DNA of 64,000 nt from positions 1 through 64,000 of the forward strand of contig QPGO01000179.1 in NCBI GenBank assembly GCA_008632985.1, read 5' to 3'. The first letter of the stretch is position 1. Every line of letters begins with the position of its first letter. Both the position numbers and the translations under genes were made by a program. Positions 26,448-39,109 of the stretch are shown here, piece after piece. A model generated the notes under the pieces. It searched no databases. It was not told the origin of the DNA and saw only the letters and a program-made list of their open reading frames with translations. The DNA comes from Psammoneis japonica (lineage: Eukaryota).

Positions 26448-27604
26448 GGGCTTCTTGGCAGGAACAATCAGAGACCGAGACTGACGACGGATTTATGCAC
26501 AATGAATGCCATCTATTTTAGAGCTATTTCTCGCTTCCTGCATCCGCAGCGCATTCCGGGCACACTTTGGCACGTCAAGTGGACCATCCGCTTGGGGGCT
26601 CAGACTCGAGAGCTCACACCATCCACTCGTGTCCTCAGCATCGCACATTCGCAGATCAAAGAAGCATGCCTGCATCATTTTTTGCATCACTCACCAATTC
26701 AGTTCTTCTCGTCTCTTGACCAAGTCCAGTGTGACGCGAACCGCGTCCAAGCCACTGAACAGTGCTTCACTTTTTTCGAAAGGCTTTGGGGTCATCAGCT
26801 GGGAAGGGGGAAAACCATCGAACAAGCGGTTGCTTCAATTTTGAACACTTCCGCACCAACAGCAGTGGACAACATGCTTGACCATTGCCATTCCAGCACA
26901 TGCCTTTTCAGGAAACAAGTGCCACAACAGCTGTGGGACTGAAGCAAATGGGGGGCGTTCCGCTCGATCGAGGAAATGATGGATGATGTCCCCACGCACA
27001 TTGGCAACCCGTCGTGCACACATGAGTCGCAACGGAGGTGTCTCAATCACCCCACTCGTCCAAGGATCAATGATGGGGATGCGCTGCAAGGAACAGGATG
27101 CATTGTGCGCACATGACTTGCCCACCCGCCTGAGCAAACGATCCAGGTCTGGGCGTCATCATGTCTGTCATCAACTCTGTCCTTGGCATTTGCTGGCAAA
27201 GTGCGCAGAAACGGGTGATGCGAATGAGGCTTGCTGCCAATTATGCGCCGATGGCAGTCGGAGAAGAAAACCCGAGCGGGTCACAACTGTGGAGACCCTG
27301 TGGCTCACCACACTGACACTGTGCTCACACTGTGAGGACAACGGAGTTTGGAGCACTGATCAAGGTGTTCCCTTCTTGTGCCTGAAAACACTCAAGCATT
27401 TTGCTCTTTCAGTTGACGAGACTGCCTTTCTTGGTGCTGTCCTTGAATTTGAAGATCCCCGTCAGGCAGAAGGAAGACCTCTCATGTGACTCAGCCAGTT
27501 GACCCTTGAAATGAAGCGTCAATGTGCACAACACCAAAATCGAATGACCACGACAGAAGCAGAACATGCAAAGGAAGCATTTGCCTGCAATCCGGGATTG
27601 ATCT

Positions 27605-27810
27605 TCAATGCTCCAAACTCGTTTCCAACTCTTGGAGACATTCCATGAAGGAGCAATTTGGTTGGATGCAACTCCAGCCTTTCTTGGCTAGCACCAATGC
27701 ATCAGCACGGCTCAGTGCAAACTTTTGCATCAAGTGTGCAACAACAATGGCCCCAGATCGCGAAACGCCCACACTGCAGTGCGCCAACACATGTTTGCCA
27801 CTGCGGACAT
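27605..27810 (-). pseudogene. dual-specificity protein phosphatase, C-terminal fragment
   Basis: VLAHCSVGVSRSGAIVVAHLM...IQPN.SFM..L matches the VLVHCxxGxSRS...AYLM...IxPN DSP motif. Confidence 0.85.
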
Positions 27811-27829
27811 TCCTCGCATTGTTTTCATC

Positions 27830-29870
27830 TGAATGTGGAAGACTCTGTTTGTTTCAAAAAAGTCGGGTTGCTGAGAAGACATGTCCCCACCCAGAAACGA
27901 GCCGCATCATTGAAAACAGTTGACATCTTGACGGTGCTGTCAAACACATTTTCTTCAATTTTGGGCACCTCATCCAACGAAGCTGCAAGCTGCCAAGCAT
28001 CATTTCCCAACATCAAATTTCTGTCAAATGTCATCGTTGAAAGCTGCACTTGAGTCATCAGTTTGTCCCAGATGACACCAGCTTGCGTCGGCGGCACCAC
28101 CTCAAAACATCCCTGCCACACCTCGCCTTGCATGCCGCCGGCAAACTCCTCCTGCCAGAAAAGAGCAGCAACTCAAATGAGGTGCAGTGGCTTGGTCGAA
28201 AGGAGAAATGTGTGCATCGCAGAGAATGCTTGCCTTTGGCTTTTGGAAAAATTGAGAACCGTTCACAGCCATGAAGTCTGTCTCTTTTGAAACATTGCCA
28301 AGAATGGCTTTTGCTGCATTTTCTGGGAGGCATTTGAACATTCCGTCATCTCCCACTGGTGAGCCGATCTTTGCGTCGTGCAGCTTTTTTTTTCACCTTC
28401 AATTCCATGTTTTCTGCCGCATCGTTGTGTCATGGATGTTTCTTTTTTGTCATTTTAGCCCAGATCAATGGTTTGAGTCGAAGGATGGTTTGGCAGCACA
28501 CCAACAGATGTGGCTTCGTCGTCTTGCATGAGAAGCATGATTGACTTGTGAAACTCCTGGTTGTCTGATGAGAAGGGTGACCGCGCCAATGAAGAACCTT
28601 GCAACAGCGTTCCTGCGCAAATCTCGCTTGTCCCGTTCATTGACTCTGCAGCACGTTTGATCAACAAGTCAATGGAGTCAAGCTGTGTGTTGCCGCCATC
28701 GCCACCAAGCATTGATGCGACAATTTTTTCAAGTTCGTCTTCTGTCATCTCTGAGTTTTCATCATTGTCAAAGACAAGCATTTCTCTGCAGTGGCCCATT
28801 CCTGCAGCATGAGATCTTCAAAGTTGTTCTCAGACGTGGCCGCCTTTGTCTCCTCCTTGCAATCAATCATCGTCATGAGTGCATTCCATCAAGTTTCGAT
28901 CCCCGCTTCACGTGGATCTCGGTTCTCTGACCTTGCTTGGCAAGCTGTTGCAACAGAGTTTTAGAGTCTTCTGCCACCACACACCAGGACTTTTGTTCCA
29001 ATTCATCCAAAAGTTGCCCAGCATTCCAACCACTGCATCCGCAGAACACCCAAAAGTTGGTTGAAACTGCGTCACCATCATCAACTGGCTTTCGAGCTCC
29101 TTCAAAAGATGTCCACTGCCGGTGAGTCAAAAAGAAAAATTAGACACAACCATCTCAGAAGTGCCGCAGAGATGAAAAAAAGCAAGTGATTGAACAAACC
29201 TCAACTCCATTCAGCACTGTCCTTGAAACCTCTTCAGCTGCACCACTTGTCAAAGAGTGCAGGCAAACAATCTTGGGATTTTCTGATGACAAACCTTTTG
29301 CGTCCCCACCAAACCAAACATGCCATTTGTTTTTCTCGTCGGCATTGTCCAATGGAGAACCATCCTGGCAAATAAAATCTTCATCAGATGGCACCAGATT
29401 TGTGGGGCGATTCAGTGTCACGCCCCTCGCAAACATGATTTCATCGTGTTCCAACACCAAAATTGCACATTTGTGAAAGCATTGTTGCTGCAATCCATTG
29501 CAGAAGTCTTGTTGCAGATGACTCAATGCAATTGAGCCTTCTTTGACAGTGTTGCCACTCTCATGAACCCACGATGCACCAAGCTTGCTCGAAGAAAGAG
29601 TGTTGCTAGAGTCCATCCGAGGCATTTTTGCCGAGATTGCCATTTCCAGTCACCAACTGTGCGCGAAATTGCCGCTGATCCTTGTCTTCAATGTTGATCA
29701 AGTCATCTTCATCATCTTTGTCTGGATCTTCAGAACTCATTTTGAGGATCCAGCCATGTTTCATTGGGTTCTGCACATTTCGTGAAGTTCTGCAAGAGAG
29801 CGATGCTTTGGCTGCAGAAAGGGTTGAACTTTGGCCAGCGACAACGTGACAAAAGAGATCTGGACAAGCA
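27830..29870 (-). pseudogene. tandem DUF179 (AlgH/UPF0301)-domain protein, TpA-mutated, intron 29116-29199 retained
   Basis: FRAQLV, QQCFHK.AILVLEH, LNRPT, VWFGGD, FCGCSGW..GQL..EL...SWC, and a second QEFHKS...SVGV..NHP. Confidence 0.85.
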
Positions 29871-31419
29871 TGGAGTGCCTTTGACGTGATGACTTTGTCA
29901 TCGCAGATTCTCTTGTCTCTGCAGTCTCCATTTGCTTTGCCATTCATGATGGTTTGTCCCATCATCACTGTCAGGGGCCGAGTGAGAGACCGTTTGATGC
30001 TGTCACATGGCAAGGTCACATGCGGTGGTGACTTTGGCAAAGAACCTGTCCATGTCGATGCAGCTTGGGACATTTGTTGGAAAAACATGGAGAGTGAAGA
30101 ACAAACCATCAAGCAAAAATGGAAGAAACTTTGGGTGACCAAGTGCAGGATTGTGAGCCAGGTGCACAAGAACATTCATGAATGGAGCATGGAAGTGAGG
30201 GAATGCATGCACACCACCCAGGCCATGTTCTCCATTCACAACAAGGATGAGCGTGCAAGTGTGATCACAGAGCATGCGAGGAAGGCTCACAGGAAGGCTC
30301 ACAAATCATGACAGTGTTGGAACTCAATGGCAACACACCCGGACAGGCAGGGAGAACAGTTTTGTGAAAGCGGCCAGTTGACCCACCCCATCAAAGAGAT
30401 GGCATGCCAGATGTTTTTGCAGCTGGATCAAGGGGGGGCAAGCTCCGTCTGGTGATTGACAAGCAAGACGCGGGTGGGTTGAGAGAAGAGTCAACCATTG
30501 GTTTGCTCACATGTGGAATGGACCAAGGCAGCAGATGCGGGCCACTTGCATTGGATGATGGTTTGGGAGGTGTGTGCTCACCAGTCATGGACAGAAAAGG
30601 CATCGTGTTTGATGCTTGGAAACTGGCAGAATTGTTCAAGCAACAAATGACATGAGACACATGCCACAGGTTGTGGCAGTGCAATGAATTGGAGTTCTTT
30701 TGAATTGACACAAAGGATGGTTGACAGTTGGACATTGGAAATCATCAAGAAAATGAACCCAGGTGTGGATTCCAGCCATTGTTGCAAGGATAAAATGGAG
30801 AGATGTTGGAAGAGACATTGTCCAAAAATGAAGAAAGAAAAGATCCGTCATCATCACGTGGAGCATTTTGTTGGTTGTGTTCATGAGGCAACAGATGCGT
30901 TTGATCGCATGACTGATTGCTCAAATGAGGGTGGGCACAGCAATTTTGTCTTTGTCCATTTAGAGGATGATGCTGTGGAAGAAGTGGGTTGGAGAGCGAT
31001 TTCGGCACCAAGCATCTGTCAGAGGTTAAGAGCTCATGAATGCGAGCTTCTGCCCTGTGTGGGGGCTGATGTTCATGTGTGAATCTGCACAATTAAAAGT
31101 TTCAAATGCAATGATCAAGTTGCACATCAAATTTGTCATTGACAATTGGCTGCAGTGTTTGAGTTGAACATTTCATCTTTTGAACTAAAACAAACACAAC
31201 CATGGATGTTGTTTTCAAAGAAAAATGATGAACATCAGTGTTTGTGATTGTTTTGGAAAGAAGTGCCAGCCAAAAATGCACAAGGAGGGGCAGCAGCATC
31301 ACCTTCAGAGTGCAGGAAACAGGTTTGAAATTTTGCAAAGCCGGTCTTCCTCTGAAGAGCTGTTGCACCACAGGATTGTGGCAAATGGAGAAACTGACAA
31401 CAACACAATGAGTTGAGGG

Positions 31420-32590
31420 CAATGGCAAGGAGGACAAAAGCAGCAAAGAAGGATGCTGCAGGGGCAGGGCCCAATGGCCCAAGGCTGACAGCGGTGTTGC
31501 AGGGGTTGGTGGCAGCGCTGATCACCAATCTCTGAAGAGAGAGGCGGAAGAGGTGGCATGGAGAGAGCTGTTCCCAAAGGCAAAATTCCTCATGAAGACG
31601 ACATGGCGAGTGGTGGCAAGGTGTCCCGGCTGGTGCAAAAAAACACAGCAGATGGCAAGTTCAGCAAACGCGAATGGGTGGGATCATGGGAGGACTGGGT
31701 GAAGAAAAGCATGCTCAATGCAATCAACGCAAAAAGAAACACCATGTGTCAGATGACAATGAAGAGTGCAATGAGTGGCAAGTGCAGCGGACTGGGGCAA
31801 AGCAGAAACAGGTGTGGTGCCACTGACAACTTTCTCATTTCACTGCAATCATCATGACAGAAAAACAAGCCGGGGAAATCTGCAGAAAAAGGAAGAAAGA
31901 GAAGCAAGGAAGAAGGCAGCCTGAAAAAAGCAGAAACAGAACAAAGCTGACATTGAAGAAACACTCCATGCAACTTGGGAGGATGGGACAGTTGACACCA
32001 CTGCACTTGAGAAGCAAAAGAACAGGGAGGTGTGCGCATGGTTCTACGACAACATCCTAAAATTCACGAAGAGCACTGCTGTGTGGAGAAGGATGGCAGA
32101 GTCTGGCAGCACACCAAGGCCACAGATCTGGCTGCGGCAAGTGACAGGCACTGGCCCTGTTGATGATGGAAAACTGCTGGAAGGTTTGGGAGCACAAGAA
32201 AGTGCAGAAGGGAAACAACAAGGGGAGCGAAAAGGACAAACTGGAGCCCTTGTACACAGACCCATTGCAACAGCGTGACTCTTGGAACGATGGAGGATCA
32301 GTGCACTTCAACGACCTGCTGAAGGAGGAAGAAGAAGACAGGGCAAGTGAGGATGGTGTGCATTTTGACATGTGGTGCACAGATGGAAAGAAAGAGGAGA
32401 GCAAAGGCAAAGGAAAAAAGGGAAGAAACACATTAAAAAACCAGCGGAATCGCAGACGAGAACGCAAGCGATGACACAGAGCTTTCTGGTGACGACGAGG
32501 AGGACGATGACAAAACGGATGAACCAGGTGGCAAAAGACATGAGGAGGAAGACAAAGCTGGCCAAGAAGGCAGCAACGGAAGTGTAAAAA
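31420..32590 (+). pseudogene. paralog of the transposon accessory ORF at 18406-19620
   Basis: ASGGKVS...WVGSWEDWVKK...INAKRNT; WFYDNIL; ENCWKVW; YT...SWNDGG..HFNDL. Confidence 0.65.
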
Positions 32591-34343
32591 GTTGGACTGC
32601 AGCACAAGCAAATTGGAAATGCAAAACAACCAGGGCTGCAGCATTGGCTTGGCATCGGTTGACGATCAACATCAAAAAGCCAAAGCAATGCATCGCTGTT
32701 GACTGAGAAGAGTGGACTGAGTTCATTGCATGTGTCAACACAAATGGCAAAACTGGTGCATGATGCAAAACAAACCAATGACATTGATTGTCAGCTGCTG
32801 TGGTTGACGAAGGCATGTGCAAAAAGGGAAAAGGGGGGGCTTTGGAGAGTTGAAGTTGTTTTCTCACAGACAAAAAAAATTCTCCACAGCCAAACAAATT
32901 GTCTGTGATGGATTAAATTTTATTGCCAGCTGCACAACCAACAAGGTTTGAAACTGTAAAAAGTTTGTCCACAAAAGGGACAAAAATCACTGTGAGAAGA
33001 CATGAGAGGATCGCTGCATTGCGGCATCTGATGTGGTCTGTCCCATTGCAAGCATTGAGTGACCCTGCTTGAGCCAGACCACTCATGTGGAAAGATTGCC
33101 AACCTGCTGCTCACAGAGATCACTGACACCACACCGAGAAGACAACAAAAACCCAGCAACATGCCGATCACGGCGCCAGAACAGATTCGGATCTCACGCG
33201 CACAGCCCTCGAAAACTGCGCGCAACAACCACCCCTCATTCGCATGACTGCATTAAATGCACGTTGTGCACTTAATAATTTATTTATCATGTGTGGCTGA
33301 AAGTGAGTACGAAATTTTAATGTTGATTGGATTGCACATGTTTGTGATATAAATCGACGCACTATCGTCAAAATTGGGTTGATATTTTGTACCATTGCAA
33401 AGATTTATGATTCAATTTTTCACACTATCACCAAAAGAGGTGAGAGATTTTGTAAGATTCAATTTTCGTTACTGTGGAAAATCGTTTTATGTTTTTATGC
33501 AGTCCCAGGGACACACGGCATTTTGTCGCATTTAGGTTTTGTCATAAAAAGACGCAATTGAGACAAACTGAAATTGTTCGCGATAAACAGGACAAGAATA
33601 TTGTAAAATTTAGCGAAAAATGTTTTATGTCATTATTTATGCACAACATTTGCTTTGGCGATGTCTTTTCGTTAAGTGTTGCATTTAACAAAATTTGGCG
33701 ATCTTTGTCATCGCCAAAACTTTCTACGACAAAATTTGTCGTGTGCGACACGACAAGACAAGACACGACACGTCACGACACGATTCACGAAAACAAACAC
33801 CCACGCACGGCGCGCGACTGAGCCTGTGGTCTCGGCGGACACCTTGTTTCTTGTGCACGATGATGATGCATCGACACATCGACGCGATGCGGCCCCTTCT
33901 GGCAGAATGAGGAGGAATGAGTTTTTCCATTAAATTCTCCATGTTGACATTGGTCGCAAACTGCTGCAAAGTGACCTTGGCCTTTGCTGTGGGTGCCTTG
34001 CAGCGCGCATTTGTGACCACACAAAAAAAGCACGACAATGCGATCTGCTGCGTTCTGCACATAAGATGCAACAAAGGGAGGAAACAACGTGACCATTCAA
34101 TCCACCATGTTTTCATTGGCCATGTGAGGTTCTACTTTTGCCTTGGACATCACTCCAGTCGCCTTGTGATTCGAATTTGTGATGACACGACACAAGAAGA
34201 GTGCTTTTCTGACAACCGATCCATTGCACAAGTGTTCTGCACATGTGAGCTGCCACATTTCACCTCATCTTTTGTGCTGTGGATGACATTCAATCAACAG
34301 TGTCGACTGTGTTGACTTGTGTCATGACCAGCCAACAATTGTT

Positions 34344-34741
34344 GACGGGTTCCAGCCCCAGGTGGGACTTTTTGTGACACTGGGCCCGCAGAATTCTACG
34401 TGCGAGCTCCGCAGCAAAATTGTTGAGCAATGCACAAATGAATGATTGCCAACAGAAAAAGAGGCAATTTTGCAAATGTGTTTCCTCCTCCACACTTGAA
34501 GCGCATTCTTTGCAGCATGCCCGGGTGTGTTCTTCAGACGTCAAAGAACACACCCAGCGCATTTTTGTTGTCACAAATGCAGACAACAGAAAGCCTTTGG
34601 CTTCGTAAAACAGGCAGTGTGGAACAATTCTTTACAATGAAACACGCAGAAATGTGCGTGTGAAACATGTGACGGATGACAAAAAACAATTGTGTCACAG
34701 TTCAGCAGTGCGAGGTCCCACCCAGAGAGCTGGAGCGCATC
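34344..34741 (+). mobile_element. ~400-bp MITE (family X, variant interior)
   Basis: Ends GACGGGTTCCAGCCCCAGGTGGGAC / GTCCCACCCAGAGAGCTGGAGCGCATC. Absent from the matching site of Z copy 2. Confidence 0.75.
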
Positions 34742-34916
34742 AATTGCTGTCGTAAAATGGATTTGAACACGCCATTGTGTGTCTTGCCCCTTTTGTTTGT
34801 TGTGGTCTGTGGTCATCTGGATGGAGCCTGTGTTGTTGTGTGTGGCTCTGAAGGGCCCTGCTGTGCAAGTGCGCAGGGCCCCACATGGTTTGGCACAACA
34901 CATTTGTCCTGCGTTT

Positions 34917-35305
34917 GACGGGTTCCAGTCCCAGGTGGGACTTTTTGTGACATTGGGCCCGCAGAATTCTACGTGCGAGCTTTGCAGTGCAAGAATTTAA
35001 TTGATGGATGTTTTTGTCTCCAACATCAAACACATGACCAAGTTTGTGGTGCAATTGTGCCCGTTGTCACTTGACTTTTTTGCAAGTGCGCCTGCCCTGC
35101 GTGATTCTTGAGACATTTGAGAATCGTGCTGCAAAAGAAATGTCAAAAGTTGTTGGACAGATTGCTCAACAAGCGCACCACAAAATGATGCAAAATCATC
35201 CCAAAATCACGCAGAAATGCGTGCGCGTGACATGTGGTGCAATCCAAAAAACTGTCGATGTCACAGTTCAGCAGTGCAAGGTCCCACCCAGAGCTGGAAC
35301 TTGTC
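34917..35305 (+). mobile_element. 389-bp MITE (family X), 4-bp TSD GTTT
   Basis: Imperfect ~25-bp TIRs with GTTT on both sides. The empty site is visible in Z copy 2 (~61980-62010). Confidence 0.85.
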
Positions 35306-38219
35306 GTTTGTCTGCTTTTGTCTGATTTTGTCTGCTTTTGTCGGCATTTGTTGCATGGTGTCGGCGTTTGTTGCATGGTGTCAGCATTTGTTGCAAGGTG
35401 TTGGCATTTGTTGGACGCATGACAAACTTGTTGTGCGCATGACAAAATTTGTTGTGCACAACAAATGTGTCGGACGCATGACAGGATTGCCAAAAAACAT
35501 TTGACGCACTTGTCTTCGCCAACAGCAAATTTGATCATTCATCCCTTGAGTGGCAGCATGTTTGTGAAGGAGACATGGCATCACCAATTAAATGTTGATT
35601 TTGTCTTGTTCATTGCCAATGATTGAAACCTGTCTCAAAGTGCGTTTTTCATGACAAATCGTCCAACTCATTTGTGGGAATGTTGCAATTGGCAACAAAA
35701 TGCTGTGTGTCCCAGGTGATGCTCTTCACACTGCAGTGCCATGATCACAATGTCACAAAACATCTTCACAACTGTGCCGCTGTTTGTTTCCGCCAGGTTG
35801 CAACCTCATCTGCAACAAACATCCATTTTCTCCTGCCATGTTGTTGTCACACTCCAGCTGTCGCCACACGTCTCGTCTGCCACCCATTTTGACAGGACTT
35901 GATTGCCAAAACAACAAAAATTCACGGCAACGTGTGCATTTCCAACCTGGTCAGCGTGTCAGCAAGAGGACCTTGACACACAAGAAGGTTGCTTCCATTG
36001 GACTGTCCCGCTGACATCAATCATTTGTTCTGCACTCTCGACACGGATGGATTTCTTGACACACTTCCAACTGGACAAGCTTTGGTCATCTGGCCAACAG
36101 CGCTGCATTGCCATTCAACAGTGAGCAAAAACAAACATCTGTCATCTGCACTGAGGGAGGTTGCAGAGGAATTGTCACTGCAGACAGCCAGACCAAAAGA
36201 GGCTGATGCTGGGAGAAAATCTCTTGCCAGGAAAAGGAAGTGCGTGCAAGATGACAACTCATTGGAAAAGAGCGCACCTGCTGATGTGGTTTGTGGTCAT
36301 TCTGTTGGTTCCTGTGTGGAGGGACTTTCAAATCAATGAAGGACATGTCAGCAGACTTTCGACTGCACTCAGACCGCTTTGGACAGTCAAAGTCCATCCA
36401 TCCATTGTTGTTTGGTCCTTCTTCAAGACAAGATTTGCAAACCTCCAATGACAGCAAAATTGGAAATTCTGCAAAAAACACACAAGATGACACAAGTGTT
36501 TGTCAAGTGCCAGTTTCTTCCACAAACACCGTTGTCCAACAACTGCCAGAAGGAACATTTGGAGACGACTGTTGCAATGAGCCCCTTTTTGCTGATCAAG
36601 CGGTGTTGGACAACCATTGCTTCGGATGTTGCAATGCCTCATCAGACTTTCTTGAGATCTGCGCTGCCGAGAACGTTGTTGTCAACAATGACACATTGGT
36701 TGTTGGCCTTGTTGTTGGCAACAAGATGACTGACACATCCACCCAGGAATGCAGAGATGCCGCAGTTTGCAAGGCACTGGTCAAAAACAGATTCAACGTC
36801 CACACTGTTGACTGCCATCACACAGACACTCTAAATCCCAATTGCGTGATCGTCGGTGCATGGGCTCTCAACCAATGCAACAATTGGGCTGCCACGGAAT
36901 GTGCCCATGACTCAATGTCGATGGACATTGTGTCCATGACCAAATGGCATTTCAACGACAGTGTCTTGACAGATTCTTTTTTCAGTCATTCGTCAACTTG
37001 CTTCTGTCAAAAGCTGTTGGATGTTGGCAATGTGTTTTTGCCAGTCAACCCAATGACAGCCCATTGCCTTTGTGAAAGCTGGGCTGTGGTTGGCAAAGTG
37101 TGGATTTTCAGGCACTTGTGCCATGATCAGTTGGAGAAAATGCCTCTTTTCCATCCATCTGCAGTTGCACACCTGCGCTGTCACGGAAAGGAGGGAGGCA
37201 TGCATCCTCATTGTGAAAAGATCATGGAGTGACATTGTCGGAGGTGTGTGTGTTGTTTGGCTTTTTTGCACTGGCTCATCCTTTTGGTTGGCAATCACTG
37301 CTGGGATTTTGTTGTTTTCTAGATCAAGGACTTTGTCTCCAACAAAAATCATGAACCAGTTAGAACATTCCCACTGGCCATTGAGAAAATCAACTGCGTT
37401 GGCTCTTGCTCCACAAAGAAGCAACTGCATTGCTGCCACTTGTGAGGTTGCAAATTCATTGCAGGCAGGCAAAGGTGTTGATGGCAAGGTTTGTGCAAGA
37501 CACTCCTTTGAACATCTAGAAAGCTGTGCAATCTGTCCGATGTGCTGTCAGATGCCACTGCAAAAAGGCTTGGACTGCCAAGTCTCTTGTGGACAGTGAT
37601 CACAAGCCAGACAAAGCTTTGGTGCAACAGATGCAAATTGCGGTCGCTTGGGCAGAAGGAGCAAGTGCAAGACTGGGGAAATCAGCATCGCGGACATTCT
37701 CAAGCAAAAAAATTGCAGCTGTTGGGCAAAACAGCACCAACCGCTGGACACCCCGAATGGGCAAGACAACAAGCACTGGAGAGCCACCTCATTCTTCCCA
37801 ATGGACAAGAAGAAGTCACAAGCACAGTTGTTCCCAGATTTTGATCTCACCAGTTTTGCAAAAGATCAAAAATTCATGGAAAAGACAGCCGTTGTTTGTT
37901 GAGAAAAAACGTGGATGCCAGATTCAAGTGCATTTCTGTTTGCACTTGAGCTGGCATGCATCAACAGGATTGGAGTCTGCAAATCAACTTGCATCAGATC
38001 TTGGCGGTGACATTTGTGTGTTGCCAAACTCGCGCAATCATCCTCATTTGTCATCATGCCCAATGGATCTGATCATCATTGATGGGCACAATGTCGCTGG
38101 TGTTGGTGCTCCTGCTGATGGCAAACCTGTTTTTCAAATGCTTCAATTGCCGCCGGATGTTGCCAAAAAGAACCTTTTGTGTCTAACTGCCAGAGTTGTT
38201 GAGGATGGGTTGTGCAGTG

Positions 38220-38770
38220 GACTTGGAGATGAGTTTGTCACCCTTTCAAAAGCAGACAAATGCAGAAAGTTTTGCTCCATGGACAGTGGGGTCAATGCAG
38301 CTGGTGGGAAATGGGGCAGAAGCTGTGGTGTGGGAGTGGCAATGCCGGGATGCCCACCCAGAGCAACTGACCAAGCATCTCCAAGGTTGTGTCAGTGGAT
38401 GCTCCAGCTCTCTGCAATGGCAGTGCATGGCACATGCTGTGGGATGCTTGATGGAACGCAACGATTGCAACAGGGTGCAACAAGTGCCATGAGATGAAGG
38501 GTTGCCTCAAAATGTCAAAGATGGCCAAGGTGCCCCGACAATCTGTGGGACGTTCCACGCACACACCTCCCCAATTGGAGCAGCAACTTGGCATTCAGAT
38601 GCAAGCAATGGGAAGGACATTGATCACGATCACATTGCAATGGCCTCACACTTTGTTGAGGACTGGCCCATGTTCCCATCCAAAAAAATGTCAACAAGCT
38701 CATGGAGAATTGTGCGCCAGCAACAAACAGATGCTTCGCTTGCTTGTTGCACACTGGGTTGATTGTTGAC
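38220..38770 (+). pseudogene. degenerate paralog of the TET/JBP-like domain at 53890-54600
   Basis: Colinear motifs DEFVTL~GEFVHI, GVGVA..P..T...M..LS~GGGYA..P..T...M..MS, WHSDASN~CHVDDLN, SLACCT~SLIGYS. By-eye alignment across frames. Confidence 0.45.
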
Positions 38771-39109
38771 AGCCAGTTAAAGAAGCTGGATTTAAGTGTG
38801 AATTGTCCTCATGTGGAGTCCCTGGTTGCAGCACCAAAGGAACACTTGGGTGCCATTTGCCTTTGCACACTCATCACCCAGGAAGAAATTGCCAAGGTGA
38901 CGGAAAGGATTCTGTCTGCCGGCACATCCGATCACTGCAGCGAAGGGAGGTGCGTCAAGATGAAGAAGGGTGAGACTCAAATGACAATGCTTGGGTGCAT
39001 TGCGTGGCTGTGGATTCTGTTTTGTGGTTGCTGCAATGAAGCTGTTTGCCTCCAACACACTGCAGAGCACAAAAGGGATTGGTTTGCAGGAAACGCAACA
39101 GAACACCTT

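Larger units (their letters stand above)
26530..33250. other. heavily TpA-depleted domain containing host-gene copies and a TE relic
   Basis: TA is lost abruptly after ~26530 and returns at ~33255. Confidence 0.9.
33508..35713 (+). mobile_element. non-autonomous TIR element (family Z) copy 1, with two nested MITEs
   Basis: TIR GGGACACACGGCATTTTGTCGC / GCAACAAAATGCTGTGTGTCCC. Colinear with the reverse complement of 61560-63078. Confidence 0.8.
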
